Origin: an uncultured virus (IMG/VR IMGVR_UViG_3300046499_000512)
Taxonomy: Duplodnaviria > Heunggongvirae > Uroviricota > Caudoviricetes
IMG/VR virus record: IMGVR_UViG_3300046499_000512
Strand: one strand, 5' to 3'
DNA length: 64,000 nucleotides
Shown one piece after another: positions 56,749 through 64,000 of the stretch (position 1 is the first letter of the stretch; each line of letters starts with the position of its first letter). A model generated the notes under the pieces. It was given only the letters and a program-made list of their open reading frames with translations. It did not search any database and had not been told where the DNA came from. The translations under genes were made by a program, and so were the position numbers.

Positions 56749-57486
56749 TCACCAAGAACACTCCGGGCAGTCCCGGTCACTCTCGCCCCCGGCAACCGCC
56801 AGACACGCGACCGAATGCCCGGTAGGGCTCTCGCCCCCGCCCACCTCCGGTGCATCCCCTTGCAGGCGGCGCAGCGAATCCAGGGCAGCCTGGTCCTCCT
56901 CCGTGAACCCGCCCTCCGACCAGATTTTCTCCTGGGCCGTGTCCAGCGCGAACTTCAGCATCCCGCGCTCCGAGGCCGACAGGACGGACGGCGTATCCGC
57001 CGCCTGCTGGGCATCCGCCACAGGGCAACCCGCCCAGTGCGAATACGACCCGTCGTCCTCCTGGTGAGGCGCCGGATCACACGTGCACGCAGCAGCCTCC
57101 GCCTGATCCTTCGCCCGGCGCTCCACCTGCCCCCGGATGCTCCGGAACGCCGCCAGGGTGATCACGTCGCACTGCTGCGGCGAAAGCGGCAGATCCGCCT
57201 TCCGGCAAGCCCTCCAAGCCGCCAGCACGGCCATCGTCTGCGCATGTTCCCAGGCCGCACCGTGGAGTTCCACGGTGTACCGAGCCAGCCGCTTGAACGG
57301 AGGGGACGTGTCCGTCGTCAGGAACTCCCACGGAATGATCCCGGTGTAGTGCCCCCCATCCGTGGCCTGTTCGACGGACTGTACGAACGCCCCGCGTTCC
57401 CTGGGTTCGATCACGGTGTGCAGTTCCCCGGGGACGCGGGTGTCCTGGACCAAGGTTCCGGCGGGCGGGCAGTCTTCACGCTTCAT
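56749..57486 (-). CDS. Hypothetical protein
   Basis: AGGAG RBS; Cys/His clusters. Confidence 0.6.
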   Translation of the reverse strand: MKREDCPPAGTLVQDTRVPGELHTVIEPRERGAFVQSVEQATDGGHYTGIIPWEFLTTDTSPPFKRLARYTVELHGAAWEHAQTMAVLAAWRACRKADLPLSPQQCDVITLAAFRSIRGQVERRAKDQAEAAACTCDPAPHQEDDGSYSHWAGCPVADAQQAADTPSVLSASERGMLKFALDTAQEKIWSEGGFTEEDQAALDSLRRLQGDAPEVGGGESPTGHSVACLAVAGGESDRDCPECSW

Positions 57487-57506
57487 CAGATAGCTCCTAA
57501 AAGGGA

Positions 57507-58046
57507 TTAGAGGGTGATAACGCGGCCGGTCTCGGGAGTGAGGGAAACCAGCTTCACCAGGCCCTTGCGCTCCAGAGCCATCACCGTGTTCGCGTGCAGA
57601 CCCCCCGAGAACATCGGCGTCATCTCCGCCGACGTCAAAGGGCGCGGCGTGTTCAGAGAGGCCGTGATCCGCCGGTAGCGGTAGTTCTCCCCGCCCTCCG
57701 CGATCTGCCGGTACGCCCGCTGCTGGGAGTCCGGGAGCGCCTTGATCGGGTCGTCCTGGACCGTCAGGTACCAGCCGTAGCCGATACCCTCAGGCATCGG
57801 GCACAGCGTCACGTCGAACCGGGTCTCCAGGGTGCGCAGCAAGAACCCGAGCTGCATCTTCACCTCATCCCGGATGCGGTCCTTCGGCCAGTCCACCACG
57901 GTGTAGTCAGGGACCCATCGCACGGATACCTGGCCGTCCACGGTTGCTTGCGTGACCCGGAAACCCTCATGGATGCCCTGGCCCCGAGGGTGCCCCTTGC
58001 GGGACAGGTAGGCGGACACGGTGTGTGCGGTCAAGGGCTTGGTCAT
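57507..58046 (-). CDS. GF.V paralog family member with C-terminal wHTH-like segment
   Basis: VSAYLSRKG..GFRV; TVMALERKGLV. Confidence 0.65.
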   Translation of the reverse strand: MTKPLTAHTVSAYLSRKGHPRGQGIHEGFRVTQATVDGQVSVRWVPDYTVVDWPKDRIRDEVKMQLGFLLRTLETRFDVTLCPMPEGIGYGWYLTVQDDPIKALPDSQQRAYRQIAEGGENYRYRRITASLNTPRPLTSAEMTPMFSGGLHANTVMALERKGLVKLVSLTPETGRVITL

Positions 58047-58109
58047 CGCAGTCTCCTAGGGAGTCGGGGTGTGAGGGGCGCAGCCGGTGTGGCTGCGCCC
58101 CTGGGGCGG

Positions 58110-58505
58110 CTAGTTGTCCTGACGGCTCCAGGCAGCCCGGTCGGATCGCGTCTCCATGCGCTCGAAGTAGTCGTCTTCGGTCTCGCCGGGAAGCTGGTAC
58201 TCGGCGTCCTCGGAGGTGACCTTGAGCCAGAAGTCGGCGCCCTCGGTCGGCTCGAACAGGGTGACTTTCCAGCCCTTGCGGGAGAGGGCTTTCTCCATGA
58301 GGCGCATCTGCTCGCAGACGGTCTTCCTGTTTTCGCGCTCGGGGGCCCCGACATAGCCCCCGAGGACGTAGACGATCTTGGAGTCGCCGTTGTCCTCCCG
58401 GGTGACCTTGAAGCCGCCGTAGACAAGGGCAGGGCGCTCGGGGTTCTTGTAGTGAGGGGCAAATCCGGCGTTCATCAGGGCCTGCTCGGTGTGCTTCGGG
58501 TCCAT
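58110..58505 (-). CDS. GF.V..FEP.EG paralog family member
   Basis: YGGFKV..LSRKGWKVTLFEPTEG..FWLKV; motif at 58533. Confidence 0.7.
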   Translation of the reverse strand: MDPKHTEQALMNAGFAPHYKNPERPALVYGGFKVTREDNGDSKIVYVLGGYVGAPERENRKTVCEQMRLMEKALSRKGWKVTLFEPTEGADFWLKVTSEDAEYQLPGETEDDYFERMETRSDRAAWSRQDN

Positions 58506-58604
58506 GGTGACTCTCCTTGGTCGGTGTGTCTTGATGTATCTACCCTAGCACATACAAAGAGGGGGCACAACCAGACGGCTGCACCCCCTCGATAAACCCC
58601 GGAC

Positions 58605-58937
58605 CTAGAACTCGGTGCCCTTGTCGGCCGCGAGGAACGCCTCCCGGTCCAGCTCCGCCGCACCCAGCTTGATCCCGCGCTCCCGCATGAACCCCTTGTG
58701 CAGATACACCGCGTGCCGGTGATCCACCCCGCGTACCCGGAGACGGCCGCTGTACCGGTCGGTGAGGAAGATCCGCAGGCGGGTGGGACTGGTCTTGACG
58801 ACCTTGGTGACTATGCCGTCCACATCGCCGCTGTCCTTCCAGGTCTTCCGGAAAGTCGGAGCATGGAAGAAGGCAGGCATTCCGGGGCGCAGCACGTAGG
58901 CGGCGGTTCGGACGTGGGTGTATTCGGAGTCGGGCAC
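58605..58937 (-). CDS. Hypothetical protein
   Basis: AGGAG RBS; motif at 58966. Confidence 0.65.
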   Translation of the reverse strand: MPDSEYTHVRTAAYVLRPGMPAFFHAPTFRKTWKDSGDVDGIVTKVVKTSPTRLRIFLTDRYSGRLRVRGVDHRHAVYLHKGFMRERGIKLGAAELDREAFLAADKGTEF

Positions 58938-59000
58938 GGGAGTCTCCTGGGGTGGTGTCTCACTGGATGTATCTACCCTAGCAGACTCCCGTATGGGGTG

Positions 59001-59804
59001 CTACTCCCCCAGAGCCTTAGCCCGCTCCAGGATGGCGTCCCACGGCGCACCCGTGCCCAGACCCAGAGCCCGCGACAGAGCAAGACGGCGGGCCTCCGCA
59101 TCCGCCTCCACCCGCTGCTTCTCACGATTGAGACGGCTGTTCGTCTCCCGAGCCGCGTCATAACCGTCATCCGGCGTAACCCGGACCGTAGCCCCGTCCT
59201 CGCAGCGCTCCATGCCGTGCCACATCTCGCCGTCACAGTCCGGCACCCACTCCGCCGTGACCGGAACCGGCTCCATGTACACCAGGTCCGCCCAGTCGCC
59301 CCAGGAATCCCCCGGAGGCAGCCCGCACGCGGCGTGCACCAGGCTGGGGCCGCCCTCCTCGATCCCCAGGGTGTACCGGTTGTCCCCGGGCGGACAGAGG
59401 CAGCCCGACGGGCCGTAACCCTCAAGGTCCGGGCTCTCCCCCTCGTTGACGGCGCAGAACGTGATCGTGATGGGGTCGGTGCCGGTGAGAAGCCACTCCA
59501 CGGTGACCCCGGTAGCCTCCGCGATCTGGGCAAGGTCGGTGCTGCTGGGCCGCTCGTAGCCCAGGATGATGCGGCGCAGGTGGTCGGAGTCCATGCCGGT
59601 GGCGGCGAACCGGGGAGCCCCGACCTCGACGTTGGCCCAGACGTGGCGGATGCGTTCGAGGATGGCGGCCCGGACGTCCACAGGGGGCTTCTCAGGGGTT
59701 GCGGGGGTGAGGGGTTCGTCGCAGGCGCAGGGTTCGCCGAAGAGGCGGGCCGGGCACCGGTTGGTGCGGTGTACGGGGTGACCGCAGGCTTCGCAGACGT
59801 CCAT
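59001..59804 (-). CDS. Protein containing an XRE-type HTH and Cys clusters
   Basis: FAATGMDSDHLRRIILG..RPS..DL..IA.A.GV.VEWLLTG; motif at 59832. Confidence 0.65.
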   Translation of the reverse strand: MDVCEACGHPVHRTNRCPARLFGEPCACDEPLTPATPEKPPVDVRAAILERIRHVWANVEVGAPRFAATGMDSDHLRRIILGYERPSSTDLAQIAEATGVTVEWLLTGTDPITITFCAVNEGESPDLEGYGPSGCLCPPGDNRYTLGIEEGGPSLVHAACGLPPGDSWGDWADLVYMEPVPVTAEWVPDCDGEMWHGMERCEDGATVRVTPDDGYDAARETNSRLNREKQRVEADAEARRLALSRALGLGTGAPWDAILERAKALGE

Positions 59805-59905
59805 AGGGGCGCTCCAGGGGTATCGGGGTGTGGTGTATCTACCCTATCGCAGAAAGGCCCCTGAGGGAGTCCCCAGGGGCCTTGCAGGAGGCTACGTGGA
59901 AGGCT

Positions 59906-60208
59906 TTACACCCGTTCGATCTTCACTCCGCCACGGGGGCCGTTCTTGACCAGGGCGGAGGGGTAGTCGAAGGGGCATCCGGAGGTCTTGAACTCCAGGG
60001 CCTCCTCCCAGTCGATCTCCGTGTAGGGGTAGAGGCTCCCGGTGCAGCCGTACTCTCCGTTGGTCTGGAGGTCCTGGTAGAAGCCCGTGGCGTGGCCGTA
60101 GAGGATGAGGGCGGCCTTGCAGGATTCGAGGTTGGTGTGGCGCTCCAGGGTGAAGCCGCCGAGGGGGTTGTGCAGGTACATGATCCAACGGAAGTTGCTG
60201 GGGGCCAT
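59906..60208 (-). CDS. Hypothetical protein
   Basis: C-terminal YP......GPRGGV..E; motif at 60236. Confidence 0.7.
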   Translation of the reverse strand: MAPSNFRWIMYLHNPLGGFTLERHTNLESCKAALILYGHATGFYQDLQTNGEYGCTGSLYPYTEIDWEEALEFKTSGCPFDYPSALVKNGPRGGVKIERV

Positions 60209-60306
60209 GGTGAGTCTCCTTGTTCGGTGTCTCTTGATATATCTACCCTAGCATGTATGGAAAAGGGCCGCAACCCTGTAGGTGCGGCCCTTCCGGTGCA
60301 GTCAGG

Positions 60307-60804
60307 TCAGACGATCTTCAGCCAGAACCCGGTACCCGTCTCCGGCTCGAACACGGTCACCTTGTGGCCCTTCCGGGAGAGCAGCCACTCCATCCGGTGG
60401 ATCCGTACCCCCACGATGTCCCGGTGGGTGTCCTCGGGGGGCTGAGGCACGACGTTGCCGATGGTGTATTCGACCAGGGTGTCTCCGTTGACCTGGGGGA
60501 TGATCCGGAAGCCCCCGTAGGTTCGGCCGCTGATGGTGACGGCGGGGAGGTATCCGGCGTTCCGGAGGTCGTTGTCGATCTTCTCGGAGGTCTCGGTGAC
60601 CAGGGAGACGTCCTTGTAGGAGACCTTGGTGTAGTCGCCGGTGTACTGGCCGTCCGCGTCGATGAAGCCGACCTTGATCGTTCCGTAGGCGTTGTTGTAG
60701 CCCATGGCGATTCCGATGGTTCCGGCGGCCCAGCCGTTGGTGGGGCTGATCTGGACACGGGCCCGGGTGGTGACGGCGTAGTCGATTTGGGCGGAGGTGA
60801 GCAT
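60307..60804 (-). CDS. GF.V..FEP paralog family member with extra N-terminal domain
   Basis: YGGFRI..LSRKGHKVTVFEPETGTGFWLKI; motif at 60832. Confidence 0.7.
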   Translation of the reverse strand: MLTSAQIDYAVTTRARVQISPTNGWAAGTIGIAMGYNNAYGTIKVGFIDADGQYTGDYTKVSYKDVSLVTETSEKIDNDLRNAGYLPAVTISGRTYGGFRIIPQVNGDTLVEYTIGNVVPQPPEDTHRDIVGVRIHRMEWLLSRKGHKVTVFEPETGTGFWLKIV

Positions 60805-60907
60805 CTGGAGTCTCCTTGTTCGGTGTCTCTTGATGTATCTACCCTAGCATGCACAGAGAAGGGGCGCAACCCCTAAGGATCACGCCCCCTGCCCTGCTGC
60901 GCCCTGA

Positions 60908-61276
60908 TCAGAAGCCCGGGGCCTCCAGGACGATCTCCGCCGTCTTGAACGCCTCCCATCGGGCCAGGGCGGCGAACTTGACGGTCTGGCGCTGCTCCGG
61001 GGTGGGCCACAGGGTGAGGGTTCCGACAAGGCCCTGGTTCACGAGGGCGACCATGTGGACGTGGATCACGGCGTTGCCCGGGAGGGTGTTGGTGTGGATC
61101 TCGCCGGTTTGGTAGTGCTTGATCGTCAGGGTGATCTTGTTCTCGCCCGTCTTGACGGCGTCCTGGACGGTGCCGCCCGTGAGGATCCACTTCCCGTCGA
61201 CCTTGACGCTGTAGCTGACGGGGAGGCCCTTGATGGCTCCTGCGGCCGGGATCTCCATGAACTTCTTGAGCGCCAT
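60908..61276 (-). CDS. Hypothetical protein
   Basis: AGGAG plus ATG at 61276; motif at 61311. Confidence 0.65.
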   Translation of the reverse strand: MALKKFMEIPAAGAIKGLPVSYSVKVDGKWILTGGTVQDAVKTGENKITLTIKHYQTGEIHTNTLPGNAVIHVHMVALVNQGLVGTLTLWPTPEQRQTVKFAALARWEAFKTAEIVLEAPGF

Positions 61277-61386
61277 CGGAATCTCCTGGGTGTTGGTGTC
61301 TCCGTGAGGTGATGTATCTACCCTAGCACATAGGAAAAGGGGGCTGCAAGCCGAAGCCCACAACCCCCCTCAGAAACCCCGCCCTA

Positions 61387-61725
61387 TCAGCCCGTCCGCA
61401 TCACCCAGAACGGCATCCGGTCCCGCAGCACCTTTACCCCCGGGAGCGCACACACCCCGTCCTGAGGGGCCAGGTGATCCATCACCACCTCCAGGGGGAT
61501 GAACGGCCGTGGCCCCTTGCAGGCGTGCAAGAGCAGGTCCGGGGGGCAGCCGCAGTCCGGGGAGCAGTTCAGCATCTTGTCCACGGTGACAGCCGTACCC
61601 ACCGGTACAGACTCCCGCCAGGCTTCGATATGGGCGAGAAGCCGGGCATCCAGGTCGGGGTAGAGGGCGTAGAGGGCTTCCCGGGTGACGGTGATACCGC
61701 CGGGCATCGGGGCAGTCATGATCAT
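61387..61725 (-). CDS. Hypothetical protein
   Basis: AAGGAG RBS; ATGA coupling to the upstream gene. Confidence 0.55.
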   Translation of the reverse strand: MIMTAPMPGGITVTREALYALYPDLDARLLAHIEAWRESVPVGTAVTVDKMLNCSPDCGCPPDLLLHACKGPRPFIPLEVVMDHLAPQDGVCALPGVKVLRDRMPFWVMRTG

Positions 61726-62810
61726 TCTCCTTCGGGTGTAACAGGGGTGAGGTCCGACTCCCAGCACCAGCCCTTGTCGCCGTTCTCGAACTCCACGTAG
61801 GCGTCCCAGGCGTCCCGGCCGCCGTTGTAGCGGCTCTTCTTGATCACGCCGTAGGAGTCGTCGTAACGAACCCGGGCGGTGAGGGGATAGATCGGCTGGT
61901 TGCCTCCCACGGTGAGGGGCGAAAGGGTCTGGGGGATGACGGGTGCCACGGTGTCCCGGGGGAGGCCGCAGATGCCGCAGTGCGTCCAGGGCTTGCCGTC
62001 CTTGCCTACGGCGGGCTGGTCTTCTCCGTCCAGGGCGGTTACCCAGGTGTGGGTGTGAGGGGCGGTCTGGGGGCGGCTGGGGTCGCGGAGGGGTTCGGGG
62101 AAGCCCGGGATGATGTCGGCCCGGGTGAGGGCGTCGGGGATGTCCAGGTCGCGGTGCCACAGGACGATCACGTCAACATCCCCGTCCTTGAGGGCCCGGC
62201 GGATGAGCTGGTAGGCCACGGGCGGGTGTTCGGCGTCCTCGGGGTCGTGGGCGGTGATGACGGCGTCCACGGTGTAGCCGCATTCGAGGGCGTAGAGGCG
62301 TAGGCGGGTGCGGTGGTAGAGGTCGGATCCGTCCAGGTCGATCTGGGGGTGTCCGACGTAGATGACGGCGTGCAGCGGGGTGTCTGTCACGGGGAGGGTC
62401 TCCTTGAGGGCGGTCTGGGTGAGGGCCTTGGCCTGGGCGGGGGTGTATCCGGCCTGGAGTGCTCCGGAGGCGAGCTGTTCGGCGCGGTCTTCTCGGAGGA
62501 TCTGGGCGATGTGGTCGGCCTGGGGGCTCGGGATGGAGGCGGTGGGGCGGCTGGAGACGGCCTCGGTTACCGGCTGGTAGTACTTGCAGAAACGGTCGGC
62601 ACGCAGGGCCCGGGGTGTTCCGGGGCGGCCCTTGGTGATGTCCGCCTGGGTGCGTTCGAGGTAGCGCACGATCTGGTGTGAGGGGCGGTTGTCGTAGGCG
62701 GCCTCGGGGGTGATCTGTTCGATCCGGGCGGTGGCGGCGGTGCCGTCGAGGGCTTCGTACAGGGCGCCTTCGCGGAGGTCTTCGGGGCGCAGCGGGGGTG
62801 TGTCGGGCAT
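61722..62810 (-). CDS. Multidomain protein with a degenerate serine-resolvase-like domain
   Basis: AVIYVG..LRLYA..GY.V..D..P..L..G.VDVIV...RD; AGGAG RBS. Confidence 0.55.
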   Translation of the reverse strand: MPDTPPLRPEDLREGALYEALDGTAATARIEQITPEAAYDNRPSHQIVRYLERTQADITKGRPGTPRALRADRFCKYYQPVTEAVSSRPTASIPSPQADHIAQILREDRAEQLASGALQAGYTPAQAKALTQTALKETLPVTDTPLHAVIYVGHPQIDLDGSDLYHRTRLRLYALECGYTVDAVITAHDPEDAEHPPVAYQLIRRALKDGDVDVIVLWHRDLDIPDALTRADIIPGFPEPLRDPSRPQTAPHTHTWVTALDGEDQPAVGKDGKPWTHCGICGLPRDTVAPVIPQTLSPLTVGGNQPIYPLTARVRYDDSYGVIKKSRYNGGRDAWDAYVEFENGDKGWCWESDLTPVTPEGE

Positions 62811-62870
62811 GGTGGTGTCTCCTGGTGTGGGCGGGCCCTCCAGGGTGTTCTGGAGGGCCCGGGGCGGGGT

Positions 62871-63149
62871 CTAGAGGCGGGGCAGCCAGCCCGGCACGTA
62901 CGCGTGAAGGCAGTTCGGGGTGCTGATCCGGCGCTCCCACCCGGCGGCCCGGAACACGGTGTCCAGGCGTTCGAACAGGTACTGGCGGGTGACTCGGAGG
63001 TGGCCGGGGGTGGCTTCGATGATCAGGGCCTGGTGGCTGTATCGGGTGGTGTAGGCGTCTCGCATGTAGGGGGCGGTCCCGAAGGCCTCGGCCAGGAGGG
63101 CGGCTGCCTCGGTGTGCAGGCGGGTTTCGTCGGCTCCGTCGTGGCTCAT
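62871..63149 (-). CDS. Hypothetical protein, paralog of 55886-56209
   Basis: LFERLDTVFRAAGWERRIS..HAYVPGWL; motif at 63179. Confidence 0.7.
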   Translation of the reverse strand: MSHDGADETRLHTEAAALLAEAFGTAPYMRDAYTTRYSHQALIIEATPGHLRVTRQYLFERLDTVFRAAGWERRISTPNCLHAYVPGWLPRL

Positions 63150-63269
63150 GGGGACTCTCCTGGGTTCGGTGTGTCTGTTGTATCTACCCTAGCACGTGGA
63201 GTAGCGGGCGTGCAAGGCGCAGCATGAAGCCCCCTCCAGGGCGGGCTGGAGGGGGCTCGGGGCTGGGTG

Positions 63270-63515
63270 TTACTTGCAGGCGGGGTACTGCGCGCCCATG
63301 GAGCAGGACTCGTAGGTTCCGGCGGGGATGACCACGGCGTGGGTGTGTCCGGCCTTGTCGGTGACGGTGAGGGTGGCTCCCTTGGCCTGCATGACCGCTC
63401 CGCCGGTACGGCTGGTGACGGTGCCCTTGACGTTGCTGGAGTCCTCCAGGTTGCAGGCGGTGGCTCCGAGGGCGACGGTGGCGGCGATGATGGCGGCGGC
63501 TGCGGTCTTGTTCAT
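63270..63515 (-). CDS. Small lipoprotein
   Basis: Signal peptide with lipobox ATAC; motif at 63547. Confidence 0.7.
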   Translation of the reverse strand: MNKTAAAAIIAATVALGATACNLEDSSNVKGTVTSRTGGAVMQAKGATLTVTDKAGHTHAVVIPAGTYESCSMGAQYPACK

Positions 63516-63590
63516 CGGGATTCTCCTTGGTGGTGTTCCCTGAGCTGATGTATCTACCCTAGCACATGGCGTAGCACGGGAACAACCCCC

Positions 63591-63839
63591 TCAGAACAGG
63601 GGCAGGCGCTCTATCTGCTGCTCCGGGATCTCCGGTGCCTCGGTGTCCTCGGGAAGCTGTTCCTGGCGGTACAGGGCGTCTGTCAGGGGGACGTGGGATT
63701 CGCTCCAGCCGCAGAGCACCAGGGCGCGGCGTTCGATCTTGTGGTCGGCCAGGGAGGCGTATCCGATGCGTTTGGTGGGCAGACCGGCAACGTCTCGGGC
63801 GCAGCCGGGGCAGGTGAACCGGGGCCTCCTGAGGGCCAT
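63591..63839 (-). CDS. Small Zn-binding protein
   Basis: CPGC.R..DH..C; GGAG RBS. Confidence 0.55.
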   Translation of the reverse strand: MALRRPRFTCPGCARDVAGLPTKRIGYASLADHKIERRALVLCGWSESHVPLTDALYRQEQLPEDTEAPEIPEQQIERLPLF

Positions 63840-64000
63840 GGGGTACTCCGCTTCTGGGGGTAGCAGGAAGCCCCTGGATTTCTCCAGGGGCCTGGTGTGC
63901 TCGGTGTGTCAGTAGTGGCAGTTCATGCACTCCCCGTCCTCCTCCAGGTGCGTCTCGCAGGTGGGGCAGTAGTGGTTGTCGTCGGTGCAGTCGGTCGCGG

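Larger units (their letters stand above)
6283..63565. repeat. Dispersed ~17-20 bp repeat TG(C/T)TAGGGTAGATA(C/T)ATC, ~55-58 copies, extended -10 promoter of cassette genes
   Basis: Approximate starts. Minus: 6283, 6536v, 7904v, 15913, 16426, 16948, 17514, 18286v, 18555, 19194, 21249, 22055, 22660, 23092, 23366, 25639v, 39497, 41667, 45306v, 50481, 51259, 53746, 54063, 54500, 55625, 56584, 58533, 58966, 59832, 60236, 60832, 61311, 63179, 63547. Plus: 10091, 23731, 25658v, 26129v, 26915v, 27429, 28569, 29672, 30251, 31285, 32159, 35217, 35681, 37121, 38193, 39468, 41683v, 42741, 44036, 44303, 44707, 45326, 46989v, 49187 (v = variant). All intergenic or abutting a start codon, and nearly all oriented toward the next gene. 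Confidence 0.95.
1..64000. mobile_element. Segment of a large actinobacterial (probably Streptomyces) phage or phage-plasmid genome
   Basis: Terminase, portal, endolysin, prim-pol, tRNA, many small tightly packed ORFs with overlapping start/stop codons, no host housekeeping operons, high GC. Confidence 0.9.

Noticed and set aside
667..59864. Long opposite-strand or alternate-frame ORFs (e.g. 667-1728, 2710-4203, 35685-37118, 39507-40880, 42512-44140, 47006-48670, 58698-59864)
   Set aside because: Shadow ORFs typical of high-GC DNA: no RBS or motifs, and they overlap better-supported genes. Many end in MYLP or start near ARVDTS only because they read through the repeat.
6283..63565. The dispersed motif as a CRISPR array
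   Set aside because: Copies are 0.25-6 kb apart, separated by whole genes, occur on both strands, and there are no cas genes.
6283..63565. The motif as integron attC sites
   Set aside because: No RYYYAAC/GTTRRRY-bounded imperfect palindromes; it lies 5' of genes with promoter geometry; the recombinase looks Cre-like rather than IntI-like.

Overview
A 64-kb segment of a large, high-GC actinobacterial phage or phage-plasmid, probably from Streptomyces. The host is inferred from TerD, DUF2637 and secreted NlpC/P60 genes and from TTA usage. The left end (minus strand) holds the start of the packaging module: a partial portal, terminase large subunit and an Mre11-like metallophosphoesterase. The remaining ~58 kb is an accessory/early region built as modular expression cassettes. 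I counted by eye about 55-58 copies of one motif, consensus TG(C/T)TAGGGTAGATA(C/T)ATC. Most sit just upstream of a gene or short operon, usually just after a terminator hairpin. The motif reads as an extended -10 promoter: five genes start leaderless exactly at the predicted +1. Transcription diverges from a GGTAACC-repeat locus at ~23.5 kb (origin candidate) and converges at ~50 kb. Cargo includes tRNA-Leu(CAA), an ADP-ribosylglycohydrolase, an HD alarmone-hydrolase-like protein, ArdC-like and HicA-like proteins, three AcrVA2/FinQ-like paralogs, prim-pol, an endolysin, and a Cre-like tyrosine recombinase coupled to a catalytically dead serine-resolvase protein. Less obvious signals are ORF-less promoter-hairpin-terminator units (candidate sRNA cassettes), rare TTA (bldA-dependent) codons near the 5' ends of portal, terminase and endolysin, and an RNase AS-like protein with all catalytic acids replaced. 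Product calls come from recalled motifs, not database searches.
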